Assembly (NCBI GenBank): GCA_041390285.1
Contig: JAWKQD010000003.1
Location: 91,019 to 155,018 of the forward strand
Direction of reading: 5' to 3'
Source of the DNA: Thermodesulfobacteriota bacterium
GTDB taxonomy: Bacteria > Desulfobacterota_D > UBA1144 > Nemesobacterales > UBA2774
Length of the DNA stretch: 64,000 nt
The notes beneath the pieces were generated by a model. It had not been told where the DNA came from, ran no database searches, and worked only from the letters and a program-made list of their open reading frames with translations. Below are positions 39,984 through 49,913 of this stretch, one piece after another (position 1 is the stretch's first letter; each line of letters starts with the position of its first letter). The position numbers and the translations under genes were made by a program.

Positions 39984-40850
39984 CTACAGCACCTCTTCCC
40001 TCAACACCCTCATAGTCCTGAGCACCCCCTCGAACTCGCCGCTCAGCACATAAAGTATAAGGTGGTCCACCCCCGCCTCCCTGTACGCCTCGATGCCGTC
40101 CCGTATCTTTCCGAGCGTCCCGCGAAGTGTCTCCTCGGGCCCGAATTCCCTTCCCTCGTTTATCTCGACGTTTCTTCTAAGAGATATTACGAAGCTCTCC
40201 CTCTTCTCGTCCGGAAGGAGGCTCCTCACCTCGCGCGCATTCGCCGCGAGCTCCCCGGGCCCGAGCCCGACCGGGTGCCATCCGTCCCCGTGCGTGACGG
40301 CCCTCTCTATGGATCTCCGGCTCTCGCCGCCCACCCATACCGGCGGGTGGGGCTTGCGTACGGGCTTTGGCTCAAACCTTATCCCAGTAAAAGAGAAATA
40401 CTCCCCCTCGTGCGACGGGCTGTCGCTCGTCCAGAGCTCCTTCATTATCTCTATGTATTCGTCGGTCATCTGTCCCCGCCGGGCGAAATCGACGCCCAGG
40501 GCATCGAACTCTCCTTTGAGCCATCCCGAGCCTACGCCGAGCACGACCCTTCCGCCCGAAAGGGCGTCCAGGCTCGATACGGACTTTGCGAGAACAAGCG
40601 GGTTTCTGTATGGAAGGACGATAACGCTCGTTCCGAGCTCTATACGGCTCGTGGCGGATGCTATGAAACCGAGGCTGATAAGCGGGTCGAAGAAAACGTC
40701 CCCGAAAACGTTGTGGGAATCCGGCACGACCACGTGGTCGCTTACCCAGATGGAGTCGTACCCGAGCGCCTCGGCGGCGAGGGCGGCCTCCATGATCTCT
40801 TCCCTGCCCGCATATTTCCCGAATATGGGAAGGGCTATTCCGATTTTCAT
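39984..40850 (-). CDS. LLM-class (luciferase-like) flavin/F420-dependent oxidoreductase
   Basis: Intact 288 aa. MKIGIALPIFGKYAGREEIMEAALAAEALGYDSIWVSDHVVVP...VLGVGSGWLKGEFDALGVDFARRG. Confidence 0.8.
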   Translation of the reverse strand: MKIGIALPIFGKYAGREEIMEAALAAEALGYDSIWVSDHVVVPDSHNVFGDVFFDPLISLGFIASATSRIELGTSVIVLPYRNPLVLAKSVSSLDALSGGRVVLGVGSGWLKGEFDALGVDFARRGQMTDEYIEIMKELWTSDSPSHEGEYFSFTGIRFEPKPVRKPHPPVWVGGESRRSIERAVTHGDGWHPVGLGPGELAANAREVRSLLPDEKRESFVISLRRNVEINEGREFGPEETLRGTLGKIRDGIEAYREAGVDHLILYVLSGEFEGVLRTMRVLREEVL

Positions 40851-40904
40851 GGCTGGATGGAAGGCCCGTCCGCAGAATCCTGCGGACAGGCGCTTAATCC
40901 GTTT

Positions 40905-41654
40905 TCAACCCTTTTTGGCAAGTATAATGCTCTCTTCTTCGAGATAGCTCTTGAAGCTGAGCACCTTATTTACATACCCGGTCGGAATGTCGTTCGCGCT
41001 GACTCTCTTCTCGAAATTCGTGGGGCCGTGGTTGTACGCGTTAAGCGCGCTCTCCACATTCTCGTACCTGTCCTCTAGAGACGACAGGTAGCTGATCCCG
41101 AGCTTTACATTAACGAACGGATCGTAAAGAGACTTCCTTCCCCCGTACGATATGCCCATCTCCTTTGCTATATACTCGCCGGTTCCGGGCATAACCTGCA
41201 TCAGACCTATGGCGCCCCTTTTCGATACGGCGACCGGTGAAAATTCGCTTTCGACCTTTATCACCGCCAGTATGAGATAGGGGTCGAGGTCGTGGCTATT
41301 GCATTCCTCGACGATTATCTTCGCCAGCTTCCTGGCGTTCATCGTCGACATACCTTCCGAGAACCTGAGCACGAAAAGAAATACTTCGGCCTCTTCGGGC
41401 GTCATGTCCTCTATGTCCGGCACGGCCGGAACACCGGCTGCCGGTTCGTGGTTCAGCGCGTTTTTAATATTCTCCGTATTTCCAGGATTGGTCAGAAGAC
41501 CGGCATGCGCCGGCTTGTCGGATATCGCGAAATCTTTCGATTTCATGAAGAACAACATTCCAAAACAGAACAGAAAAACGAAAAGTGAAACCTTTACGGC
41601 ACCCACAACGAAAAGCATCGTGAAGTCGTAAACAGTCTTTAACATAATTGTCAC
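40905..41654 (-). CDS. Lytic transglycosylase (SLT domain), membrane-anchored
   Basis: N-terminal TM MLFVVGAVKVSLFVFLFCFGMLFF. Catalytic region ILAVIKVESEFSPVAVSKRGAIGLMQVMPGTG...AYNHGP. Confidence 0.85.
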   Translation of the reverse strand: MTIMLKTVYDFTMLFVVGAVKVSLFVFLFCFGMLFFMKSKDFAISDKPAHAGLLTNPGNTENIKNALNHEPAAGVPAVPDIEDMTPEEAEVFLFVLRFSEGMSTMNARKLAKIIVEECNSHDLDPYLILAVIKVESEFSPVAVSKRGAIGLMQVMPGTGEYIAKEMGISYGGRKSLYDPFVNVKLGISYLSSLEDRYENVESALNAYNHGPTNFEKRVSANDIPTGYVNKVLSFKSYLEEESIILAKKG

Positions 41655-41705
41655 CCCATTGTAACAAGAAGCAAAAGGAAGCAGAACTGCGGCAGGCGGA
41701 CTACA

Positions 41706-41888
41706 CTATCTGGATTTGACCGGCTTAACCATTTTTTCTGACTTCTCTCTAATACAGCTTTCCGGCTCACCCGACCCGCTAAAATCGTATTCGGAGATCG
41801 TGCACTCGCGCACCGGACTTCCTGTTATTATCTGATAGTCATAAAAATCTTTAACCTTAAGTACTAGAGCCTCGGATTTATATGTCAC
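41706..41888 (-). CDS. Small hypothetical protein (60 aa); weak call
   Basis: ORF only. GTG start, no clear SD, no similarity recognised. Confidence 0.15.
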   Translation of the reverse strand: MTYKSEALVLKVKDFYDYQIITGSPVRECTISEYDFSGSGEPESCIREKSEKMVKPVKSR

Positions 41889-42246
41889 TAATTATTCCCG
41901 CTAACTTTAAAGTTGTCTATAAAAATTTGACCCGGGCTAATACTAACAGGTCAAAGCCACATGTCAAGAAGCTTCTTCGCAGGCGCGATGTTGCAATTGG
42001 CTGTAATTGTTAATGTTTTAAAATGCCGGGCTTGGTTTGATAACGCAATTGCTAAGATTGTGGGCTCGCTCCCTATGCAAAAGGGCTAGCTATTTGGCTG
42101 CTCCTTTGGCTGTTTCCGCATTCGCCTGGAGGCATGCTTTCTCTTTTTATTCGGGTATATTTTCAGACTGCGGACGGGCGCGGAAATCATTCATTTTTCC
42201 CGTTCTTGACCGCCAAATCTTTTCGTGTTAGTTTTTAGGGCGCATT

Positions 42247-42396
42247 ATGAAAAGGACTTATCAACCACACGTAAAAAAGAGACTAAGGACGCACGGCTTC
42301 CGCGAAAGGATAAGCACCAAGGCGGGCAGGCGTACTCTCAAGAGGCGGATAGCTAAGGGCCGGCACAGTCTGACTGTGCAGCGCTGGAAGAAATGA
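42247..42396 (+). CDS. rpmH: 50S ribosomal protein L34 (below the ORF-track size cutoff)
   Basis: Translates to [49 protein letters not shown]. The stop overlaps the rnpA ATG (ATGA). Confidence 0.95.
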   Translation: MKRTYQPHVKKRLRTHGFRERISTKAGRRTLKRRIAKGRHSLTVQRWKK

Positions 42397-42746
42397 GCTT
42401 TGACTTGAGTTTTTCTTTCCCAAAAGACTTAAAAATCCGAAGGACGTCTCAGTACGAAGAGATTTTTGGGAAGAGCAGAAAGCTCAACGGAGAGCATTTC
42501 CGAATACTATACGTCCGGAATCTCCTTGGATACCCGAGGCTCGGCATGGTTGTTGCCAAAAAGAGCATTCCGGGCTCCGTCGGGAGGAACCGCGTCAAGA
42601 GGGTGCTCCGCGAGGTCTTCAGGCGGAACAAATCCCTTTTCGGCTCAATGGATTTGGTCATAGTAGCCAAAAAGGGTAGCGAGGAGCTCGATTATACTCA
42701 GGCTAAGGGAGAGATCGAGGCGATAATCGGGTCCAGATTCTCATGA
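42393..42746 (+). CDS. rnpA: Ribonuclease P protein component
   Basis: 117 aa, directly after rpm[30 protein letters not shown] (RNR motif region). Confidence 0.9.
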   Translation: MSFDLSFSFPKDLKIRRTSQYEEIFGKSRKLNGEHFRILYVRNLLGYPRLGMVVAKKSIPGSVGRNRVKRVLREVFRRNKSLFGSMDLVIVAKKGSEELDYTQAKGEIEAIIGSRFS

Positions 42747-42967
42747 CATCCAAACTTTTCGCATACCCTGCACTTCTTCTGATAAGGACTTACAAATATT
42801 TCATATCGCCGCTGCTGCCTCTTTCGTGCAGGTTCTATCCCAGCTGTTCCTGCTATGCGGAGGATGCGCTCCGGAAGTATGGATTCATCAAAGGATCGTG
42901 GCTTGCGGTAAAAAGGGTGTGTAAATGCCATCCGTTTTCGGCTGGCGGGTACGATCCGGTCAGGTAA
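42743..42967 (+). CDS. yidD: Membrane protein insertion efficiency factor YidD
   Basis: [57 protein letters not shown]. Confidence 0.9.
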   Translation: MTSKLFAYPALLLIRTYKYFISPLLPLSCRFYPSCSCYAEDALRKYGFIKGSWLAVKRVCKCHPFSAGGYDPVR

Positions 42968-42978
42968 AGGACTATTTA

Positions 42979-44658
42979 ATGGGCGAGAACAAGTCTAATT
43001 TCGTAATCTTCCTTATATTATCCGTGGCGATTATCTTCGGGTATTCGTATTTTTTTATAAAGCCCCAGCCTCCGAAGCCCGAGGTGCAGGCGCAGGGCGG
43101 CGGGGCGTCTCCGACGCCGGGCGGGGCTCCCACGCCTCAGGCGGACGTATTCGACGGGAGCGTGCCTGCGCAGTCCGTTCAGCTAGAGCCGGTCGGCAGG
43201 CTGATTACGATAGACACCCCCCTTTACACCGGGACGATAGACACATCCGGCGCACGCATATTCAAATGGGATCTCAAGAAATATAAAGACAGCACGAACC
43301 CCGACTCAGGTCCCGTAGACCTCTTCAAGGGCTCGCCGCTCGGGTTCAGCACGCTTCTCAGGCTAGACGGCTACAACATCCCCGAGTACATTCCGTTCGA
43401 GTTCAGCGGCCCGGACAAGATCAGCGTTAACGACGGCAAAAAGGAAATCACGTTTTCCTGGGCTTCCCCCGAGGGTATCGTCGTAAAGAAGGTCTACGAA
43501 ATAGACGCCGCCTCATACACCCTTAAACAAAGATTCGAGGTTACGAACCCCACATCGGCTTCACTTCGCGAGAAGCTCGATATCGTCTGGGACGGGCACA
43601 TAGAGCACCACGGCAGGGGGGGGAACACGATGAGCTTCGTCGCCCTCGTGTCGAGCGACCTCGAAAACGTGGACAAGGCGCCCAAGACAAAGAACGAGTA
43701 TTCGGGCGTCGTGGAGTGGTTCGGCTATTCCCAGAAATATTTCATATCGACGTTTCTCCCCGAAACCGGGGCTGACACAAAACTATCCGTTGACGGGCTC
43801 TCCGAGGAAGGCCTCGTAAGGGCTGTCTACAGCTACCCCGAAGACACAATACCGGCCGCTAAAACGTCGGCCAGGACCTGGGAGGTTTATCTCGGCCCGC
43901 TCGAATACGACATAGTAAAGGCCGTCGGCTATAACCTTCAGGAATCGGTAAATTACGGATGGGTCGAGTTTCTCGCAAAGCCCCTCCTCGATTTCCTCAA
44001 ATGGCTGAACGGCTACTTCCATAACTACGGCGTCTCCATCATCGTCATCACCATAATCATAAGGCTCGTCTTCCTCCCGCTCACCATACGGAGCATGATC
44101 TCGATGAAGAAGACGCAGTTCCAGATGGAAAAGCTCAAGCCCAAGATGGACGCCATCAAGGAAAAATTCAAGGACGACAAGGCGAAGCAGAATGCAGAAA
44201 TAATGAAGCTGTACACGAGCAGCGGCGTAAACCCACTCGCCAGTCTCGGCGGATGTTTCCCGCTCCTTATTCAGCTTCCGGTCTTCATAGCGCTCTACGA
44301 TGTTCTCCTTCACTCGATAGACCTCAGGCACAGCGCGTTCCTCTGGATCCAGGACCTTTCCGAGCCTGAAACGCTGTTCGACATACCGGGCATAGGGATT
44401 CCGTTCAGGATACTCCCGCTGCTCATGGGGGTATCGTGGTTCATATCCCAGAAAATGACGCCCATGACCCCGGCGGCCGGCGGCGAAAACATGCAGCTCC
44501 AGATGAAAATGATGCAATTTATGCCTATAATTTTCACTGTGATGTTCTGGGGCCTGCCATCGGGCTTGATACTCTACTGGACTGTGAGCAATATACTTTC
44601 CATATTCCAGCAGATGTACGTGAACCACAAGGTCAGCACTATGCAAGGAGTATCCTAA
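42979..44658 (+). CDS. yidC: Membrane protein insertase YidC
   Basis: Internal start MGENKSNFVIFLILSVAIIFGY. Large periplasmic domain, then IIIRLVFLPLTIRSMISMKKTQ...MKLYTSSGVNPLASLGGCFPLLIQLPVFIALY...GLILYWTVSNILSIFQQ. Confidence 0.9.
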   Translation: MGENKSNFVIFLILSVAIIFGYSYFFIKPQPPKPEVQAQGGGASPTPGGAPTPQADVFDGSVPAQSVQLEPVGRLITIDTPLYTGTIDTSGARIFKWDLKKYKDSTNPDSGPVDLFKGSPLGFSTLLRLDGYNIPEYIPFEFSGPDKISVNDGKKEITFSWASPEGIVVKKVYEIDAASYTLKQRFEVTNPTSASLREKLDIVWDGHIEHHGRGGNTMSFVALVSSDLENVDKAPKTKNEYSGVVEWFGYSQKYFISTFLPETGADTKLSVDGLSEEGLVRAVYSYPEDTIPAAKTSARTWEVYLGPLEYDIVKAVGYNLQESVNYGWVEFLAKPLLDFLKWLNGYFHNYGVSIIVITIIIRLVFLPLTIRSMISMKKTQFQMEKLKPKMDAIKEKFKDDKAKQNAEIMKLYTSSGVNPLASLGGCFPLLIQLPVFIALYDVLLHSIDLRHSAFLWIQDLSEPETLFDIPGIGIPFRILPLLMGVSWFISQKMTPMTPAAGGENMQLQMKMMQFMPIIFTVMFWGLPSGLILYWTVSNILSIFQQMYVNHKVSTMQGVS

Positions 44659-45306
44659 ATGGCAATTAGTATAGAGAAAGAAGGCAAGACAGTTTCCGAC
44701 GCCACGATCAGCGCCTGCGAGGCCCTCGGCGTCGCCAGGAGCGAAATAGAAGTCGAAGTACTCGACGAAGGCTCAAAGGGTGTGTTCGGCATAGGCAGCC
44801 GGAACGCCAAAGTCAGGGTCTCATTAAAAAATCAGAATCTCAGCGACAAAGGCCTTAAATCCAAAAAAGCCCTCGAAGACATTCTCGGTTATCTCATCCC
44901 AACGTTCCAGGTAGGGCTCCGCGAAAACCAGGACAGGATAAGGCTCGAAATCCGTGACACCAACGACAAGGGCCTCCTTATCGGCAGAAGGGGTGAGATG
45001 ATAAAGTCCCTCGAATACCTGGTGGGCAAGATAGCCGGCAAGGACTGCGAAACCGGTAAGGAAAAAAGAGTCTCCATCGATATCGACGGCTACAAAAGCA
45101 AGAAGGACAATAAGGTCACAGATCTCATCAGGGAAACGATACACAAGGTAAGAAAGACGAAAAAGCCCATATCCCTGGGCCCGCTCTCGGCGGCCGATAG
45201 AAGGACGGCCTACCTTACACTCAAACGAGAAAGGGGCGTCAGCTACGAGACAAAAGTCGAAAACGATGAAAAAACCATAATAATCACCCCGTCGTCCAAG
45301 GGCTGA
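44659..45306 (+). CDS. jag: Jag/KhpB-type RNA-binding protein (Jag_N, KH, R3H)
   Basis: 215 aa immediately after yidC. GKTVSDATISACEALGVARSEIEVEVLDEGSKGVFGIG, LIGRRGEMIKSLEYLV (KH), LSAADRRTAYLTL (R3H). Confidence 0.8.
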   Translation: MAISIEKEGKTVSDATISACEALGVARSEIEVEVLDEGSKGVFGIGSRNAKVRVSLKNQNLSDKGLKSKKALEDILGYLIPTFQVGLRENQDRIRLEIRDTNDKGLLIGRRGEMIKSLEYLVGKIAGKDCETGKEKRVSIDIDGYKSKKDNKVTDLIRETIHKVRKTKKPISLGPLSAADRRTAYLTLKRERGVSYETKVENDEKTIIITPSSKG

Positions 45307-45371
45307 GAATCTGCCGGCGTCTGGGGCTCGGCCCGAAAACATGTTGAACGGACGTAAATCAGGAGATCAAG

Positions 45372-45686
45372 ATGAGCGATAAGCACAACAAACCCGAAGA
45401 AGAATATTTCGCCAAGGAAGAGGCCGAAAAGGCCAAGAGGCTTAAGGAAAAGCACAGGGAAGAGACCGAAGCCGAGGAAAGGGAGCGCATAAAGGCGGCT
45501 TGCTATATGAAATGCCCGAAATGCGGCGGGCAGCTCCACGAGGTCACGTTCCGCGGCGTCAGCATTGACCGCTGCAGCTCCTGCGGGGGCGTATGGCTCG
45601 ACGCGGGCGAGCTCGAAAAGCTGGCGGGCGAAGAGGACAAGAGCGTAATAACCGACGTCCTCGGATTCTTCAGCGGAAAGAAATAA
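45372..45686 (+). CDS. TFIIB-type zinc-ribbon protein with a charged N-terminal region
   Basis: MKCPKCGGQLHEVTFRGVSIDRCSSCGGVWLDAGELEKL (two CxxC pairs). Confidence 0.7.
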   Translation: MSDKHNKPEEEYFAKEEAEKAKRLKEKHREETEAEERERIKAACYMKCPKCGGQLHEVTFRGVSIDRCSSCGGVWLDAGELEKLAGEEDKSVITDVLGFFSGKK

Positions 45687-45687
45687 T

Positions 45688-46158
45688 TCACTTATCTCTG
45701 GTTCTGAGCGTTCTGAAAAACCCCCGGAGGAGGGAAGAGCACTCCTCCTCCAAGACGCTTTCGCGCCATTCCACCCTGTGGTTTAAACTCTCGTAATCCT
45801 CCGGGTTCATCACCGACACTACTGCCCCGGCCTTGGGGTCCCTTGCACCGAAAACCAGCCGCTCTATCCTCGCGTTTATGATCGCGCCCATACACATCAT
45901 GCACGGCTCAAGCGTAACATATATGGCCGCTCCCTCGAGACGCCAGCTTCCCAGGGCGCGCGAGGCTTCGCGTATTGCAATTATCTCTGCATGATCTGTG
46001 GGGTTTTGAGAGGATTCCCTCAGGTTTCGCCCGGTGGAGAGGACTCTCCCCGAGCCGTCGACGATTACCGCGCCTACCGGAACTTCGCCCATGCGTCCGG
46101 CTTCCTCTGCTTCCGCGAGGGCCAGACGCATGAGCTGTTCGTCTTTTTTCAGTATCAT
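45688..46158 (-). CDS. tadA: tRNA adenosine(34) deaminase
   Basis: 156 aa. HAEIIAIREA and TLEPCMMCMGAI (the CDA zinc motifs HAE, PCxxC). Confidence 0.9.
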   Translation of the reverse strand: MILKKDEQLMRLALAEAEEAGRMGEVPVGAVIVDGSGRVLSTGRNLRESSQNPTDHAEIIAIREASRALGSWRLEGAAIYVTLEPCMMCMGAIINARIERLVFGARDPKAGAVVSVMNPEDYESLNHRVEWRESVLEEECSSLLRGFFRTLRTRDK

Positions 46159-46199
46159 CGGTTGTGAGCGGCGGCCCGATGAAAGCGCCGCGCCGCTCG

Positions 46200-47927
46200 T
46201 TATTTCCTGGCGCTGAATTTAAGGCCGGCTTTCTGCCTGTCCCAGGTCTTGTCCGTAATTTCCTTTATCTCGGCAACCTTGATCTTCTGGGTCGCCGTCA
46301 CGGGGAAACCGTCTTCGTAAACCTCTATAAACCTCGGGACCATCGCGACCATGACCTTCTCGGCCATCCACTTCGAGAACTCCACGGGATCGAAAGTCGC
46401 GCCCTGCTTTAATGTTACGTTCAGCTTTATCTCGTCGTCCGATACGTTCGGGAGCCTTATGCCTACTGCCACGGCCTCCTGAATCGCCTCGTACTGCATC
46501 GCCACGTCCTGAACGGCGATCGGGTCAACGTTCTCACCGGAAACCCTTATCCTGCTGAACCTTCCGACGAAGTAATACCTTCCGTCTATACCCCTTGCGA
46601 AAAGGTCGTCCGAGTTAAAGAAGCCGTCGTCGTCGAAGGCCTCTCTCGTTCTTCTCTCGTCCTTGAAGTATTCGTTAAGCGTTGTGTGCGGTATAAGGGG
46701 CTTTATGTAAAGAAGGCCCTTGGCCTCGTCCGGCGGAACCGGATTCTCGTAGGGGTCCCAGAACGGCCTCATCACCTGCGACGGATCGGCCGGGTCCCTC
46801 AGCTCCACATAATACCCCTCCATCGGGAATCCCGAAGAGCCCGGGCGATGATCCTCCGGATCCTTCCAGAGCACCATTCCCATCTCGGTCGAGCCGTACC
46901 CGTCGATAACCCTGACGCCGAACCTCTCCTGAAACTCCGGAAGGTTCCTCGGCGCCGGAGAGCCCAGCATTATTCTTACCTTGTGCTTCTTGTCCCATTC
47001 CGAAGGCTCCGCCGCCCACAGATATTCGGCAACAGCCCCGAGCATGTTGATCGAGGTCGCTCCGCAGTTGGCCGCCCATTTCCAGAAGCTCGACGCCGAG
47101 AACCTCGGGAAGAATACAGCCGTCGCCCCTGCGCCCATGGCGCTGAAGAGGCACATGACCTGGGCGTTTGCGTGCCCGAGCGAGAGTATGCTCATAAGCA
47201 CATCTCCGCTCCTTATGCCCTGCTGCTGTAGATACGAGCGCACAGTCAGCACGACGCCGCCGTGGTTTCTGGCAACTCCCTTCGGCATTCCGGTCGTACC
47301 CGACGTGAACATGCATCTTTCCATGTCCTGCGTCGTTACCTCTACTCCGGTGTTATCGCTCGAAAACTTGTCGAACGACGAGAAGGGAAGCGTCTTTATG
47401 CCGCCGATTTCCGCCGGCACCTTCGCCGGGTCGCCCGTCATGAATATCACCTCGAGGCCCTTTAAATCCTTTGCTATCTCCTCGATAAACGGTACGCTGC
47501 CCGGGTCCATTACGAGCGCCTTCATTTCCGAATAATTGATAACGTATGCGAGTCTTTCGCCTTTTTCGTCTTTATTTATAGGTACCTGTACGGCCCCTGT
47601 TTTGTGAATTGCGATGATGGATATAACGTATTCAGAGCAGTTCAGCATATACATGCCGACCTTGTCGCCCTTTTTTACACCGAATTCATCCTTGAGACCG
47701 TTAGCCACCCTGTTGGCCCAATCGTTCGTCTCTTTATAGGTATAGCTTTCCGTTATATCTCCCTCGGGGTTGCCGACCCTGAACATGGTCTTCTCCGGGA
47801 AACGTTCGGCTCCTGCTTCGAGAGATTTTGTTATTGGCTGCCATTCGGACGTATCCTCGTATTTGCCGAAGGGCAAGGTGCCCTCGCCGAGGTACATCGC
47901 GTCACGGGGTTTAAATAATAAAAGCAT
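46200..47927 (-). CDS. AMP-dependent synthetase/ligase (acyl-CoA synthetase family), paralog 1
   Basis: AGGAGG before MLLLFKPRDAMYLGEG. FTSGTTGMPKGV (AMP-binding motif), GYGSTEMG, DGRYYFVGRFSRIRVSGENV, ATQKIKV. Confidence 0.85.
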   Translation of the reverse strand: MLLLFKPRDAMYLGEGTLPFGKYEDTSEWQPITKSLEAGAERFPEKTMFRVGNPEGDITESYTYKETNDWANRVANGLKDEFGVKKGDKVGMYMLNCSEYVISIIAIHKTGAVQVPINKDEKGERLAYVINYSEMKALVMDPGSVPFIEEIAKDLKGLEVIFMTGDPAKVPAEIGGIKTLPFSSFDKFSSDNTGVEVTTQDMERCMFTSGTTGMPKGVARNHGGVVLTVRSYLQQQGIRSGDVLMSILSLGHANAQVMCLFSAMGAGATAVFFPRFSASSFWKWAANCGATSINMLGAVAEYLWAAEPSEWDKKHKVRIMLGSPAPRNLPEFQERFGVRVIDGYGSTEMGMVLWKDPEDHRPGSSGFPMEGYYVELRDPADPSQVMRPFWDPYENPVPPDEAKGLLYIKPLIPHTTLNEYFKDERRTREAFDDDGFFNSDDLFARGIDGRYYFVGRFSRIRVSGENVDPIAVQDVAMQYEAIQEAVAVGIRLPNVSDDEIKLNVTLKQGATFDPVEFSKWMAEKVMVAMVPRFIEVYEDGFPVTATQKIKVAEIKEITDKTWDRQKAGLKFSARK

Positions 47928-47982
47928 AGCACTCCTCCTATGGTGGCTTCTTTTTTTAGTCCTTTCCTGTCTAAGACTTATT

Positions 47983-48011
47983 ACAATAAGAAAGTTGACA
48001 AAATTTGTCAA
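47983..48011 (-). promoter_or_regulatory. Sigma70-like promoter of paralog 1, overlapped by a perfect 8-1-8 palindrome (candidate operator)
   Basis: The minus strand reads TTGACA-17 nt-TATTGT. The -35 is one arm of TTGACAAA-t-TTTGTCAA (47995..48011). Confidence 0.45.
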
Positions 48012-48154
48012 CCTGAAAATAACCTAAAAAGTGTAATATTTAGTGGAGATTGGTGAATTATCTAAGCATCTATATGCTTGTCCCTCTCCCGCTTGCTAAC
48101 CACCCCCCGGTGTATATCCGCTGCGTCTGCGCAGCGCCGGTTTTAAGGAAAAGT

Positions 48155-49879
48155 CTACCTCGCCCTGAACTTTAGCCCCACCTTGTTTCTGTCCCATGTT
48201 TTTTCCGTTATTTCTTTAATCTCTGCGACCTTTATCTTCTGTGACGCCGTCATCGGGAACCCGTTTTCATAGATCTCTATAAACCTCGGCACCATGAACA
48301 CCGGGTTTCGCTCCGCCATCCACTTCGAAAATTCGACCGGGTCGAACTCGGCCCCCTTTTCGAGCGTCACGTTCAGCTTTATCTCGTCGTCCGATACGTC
48401 GGGCAGCCTTATTCCGACGGCTATGGCCTCGTGTATGCCCTCGTACATGTTCGCCGCGTCCTGAACTGCAATGGGGTCCACGTTCTCTCCCGAAACCCTG
48501 ATCCTGCTGAACCTTCCCTGAAAGTAATACCTTCCGTCTATGCCCCTTGCGAAGAGGTCGTCCGAATTAAAGAAGCCGTCGTCGTCGAAGGCTTCCCTCG
48601 TTCTCCTTTCGTCCTTGAAGTACTCGTTAAGTGTAGTGTGCGGTATAAGAGGCTTTATGAATAGAAGGCCCTTCACCTCGTCGGGGGGCCTCGGCGATTT
48701 GCTCGGGTCCCAGAACGGTCTCATTACCCTGCTGGTATTCTCCGGGTCCCTCAGCTCGAGGTAATAGCCCTCCATCGGATAGCCCGACCCTCCCGGGCGG
48801 GTATCTTCCGGGTCGTTCCAGAGCGCCATGCCCATCTCCGTCGAACCATACCCGTCTATGACGCGCGTGTTGAAACGCTCCTGGAATTCCTTAATCTGCT
48901 TCGGCGCCGGTCCCGATAGAACACTCCTTACCCTGTGCTTTTTGTCCCACTCGCTCGGCTCCGCCGCCCAAAGGTATGCGGACACCGCGCCAAGCATGTT
49001 GACGCAAGTCGCCCCGCATTCGGCGGCCCATTTCCAGAAGCTCGACGCCGAGAACCGCGGATAGAATACTGCCGTCGCGCCGGCGCCTATGGCGGTAAAG
49101 AGGCACATCACCTGCGCGTTCGCATGGCCGAGGGTAAGAACGCTCATCAGCACATCCTCGCTCCTTACGCCGTGCTGCTGTATGTATGCCCTCACGGTCA
49201 GTATCACGCCGCCGTGGTTCCTCGATACGCCCTTTGGCATCCCCGTCGTCCCCGACGTGAACATGCACCTCTCTACGTCCGACACCTTCACATCAAGCCC
49301 GGGGTTTTCGCCCTGATACTTATCGAAAACAGAGTAGGGCAGGGTCTTTATCCCGCCAATGGATTCCGGAACGGCGTTTGGGTCTCCCGTGACGAAAACA
49401 TGCTCTAACTTATCTAGATTTTTTGCTATTTCGTTCAGCATCGGGATGCTCTCGGGGTCTACGACGAGAGCCTTCATCTCGGAGTAATTTATAATGTACG
49501 CGAGCCTGTCGCCCTTCTCGTCCTTGTTTATGGGCACCTGCACCGCGCCTGCTTTATGTATCGCGATTATCGAAACGACAAACTCCGACGAGTTCAGCAT
49601 GTATATGCCGACCCTGTCGCCCTTCTTTATGCCGTAATCCTTTATAAGGCCGTTCGCAACCCTGTTGGCCCATTCGTTCGTTTCGCGGTAACTGTGTGTA
49701 TTTATCAGGTTCCCGTCCCTGTCCGCGACGCGGAACATGGTTTTATCCGGGAATTCGGCCGCGCCTTGTTCGAGGTATCTCGTAATCGGGAGCCATTCCG
49801 ACGTATCGTCGTAGCTTCCGAAAGGTAAAGTCCCCTCTCCAATATATTTTTGGTCACGCGGTTTAAATAAAAGCAGCAT
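48155..49879 (-). CDS. AMP-dependent synthetase/ligase (acyl-CoA synthetase family), paralog 2
   Basis: Intact 574 aa, colinear with paralog 1 (MLLLFKPRDQKYIGEG..., FTSGTTGMPKGV, GYGSTEMG, DGRYYFQGRFSRIRVSGENV). Roughly three quarters of residues are identical by eye. Confidence 0.85.
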   Translation of the reverse strand: MLLLFKPRDQKYIGEGTLPFGSYDDTSEWLPITRYLEQGAAEFPDKTMFRVADRDGNLINTHSYRETNEWANRVANGLIKDYGIKKGDRVGIYMLNSSEFVVSIIAIHKAGAVQVPINKDEKGDRLAYIINYSEMKALVVDPESIPMLNEIAKNLDKLEHVFVTGDPNAVPESIGGIKTLPYSVFDKYQGENPGLDVKVSDVERCMFTSGTTGMPKGVSRNHGGVILTVRAYIQQHGVRSEDVLMSVLTLGHANAQVMCLFTAIGAGATAVFYPRFSASSFWKWAAECGATCVNMLGAVSAYLWAAEPSEWDKKHRVRSVLSGPAPKQIKEFQERFNTRVIDGYGSTEMGMALWNDPEDTRPGGSGYPMEGYYLELRDPENTSRVMRPFWDPSKSPRPPDEVKGLLFIKPLIPHTTLNEYFKDERRTREAFDDDGFFNSDDLFARGIDGRYYFQGRFSRIRVSGENVDPIAVQDAANMYEGIHEAIAVGIRLPDVSDDEIKLNVTLEKGAEFDPVEFSKWMAERNPVFMVPRFIEIYENGFPMTASQKIKVAEIKEITEKTWDRNKVGLKFRAR

Positions 49880-49913
49880 TAGAAATCACCTCGGTCAATT
49901 AAACGGCTTTAGG

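Noticed and set aside
41889-42246. Replication origin upstream of rpmH-rnpA-yidD-yidC-jag, a cluster that often neighbours dnaA/oriC.
   Set aside because: I found no TTATCCACA-like DnaA boxes (even allowing one or two mismatches), no AT-rich 13-mer cluster and no dnaA gene. The upstream neighbour is a lytic transglycosylase.
48100-48140. Hairpin cgctgcg-tctg-cgcagcg downstream of synthetase paralog 2, considered as an intrinsic terminator.
   Set aside because: No U-tract follows it on the minus strand, so it may be structural only. It is not listed as a terminator feature.
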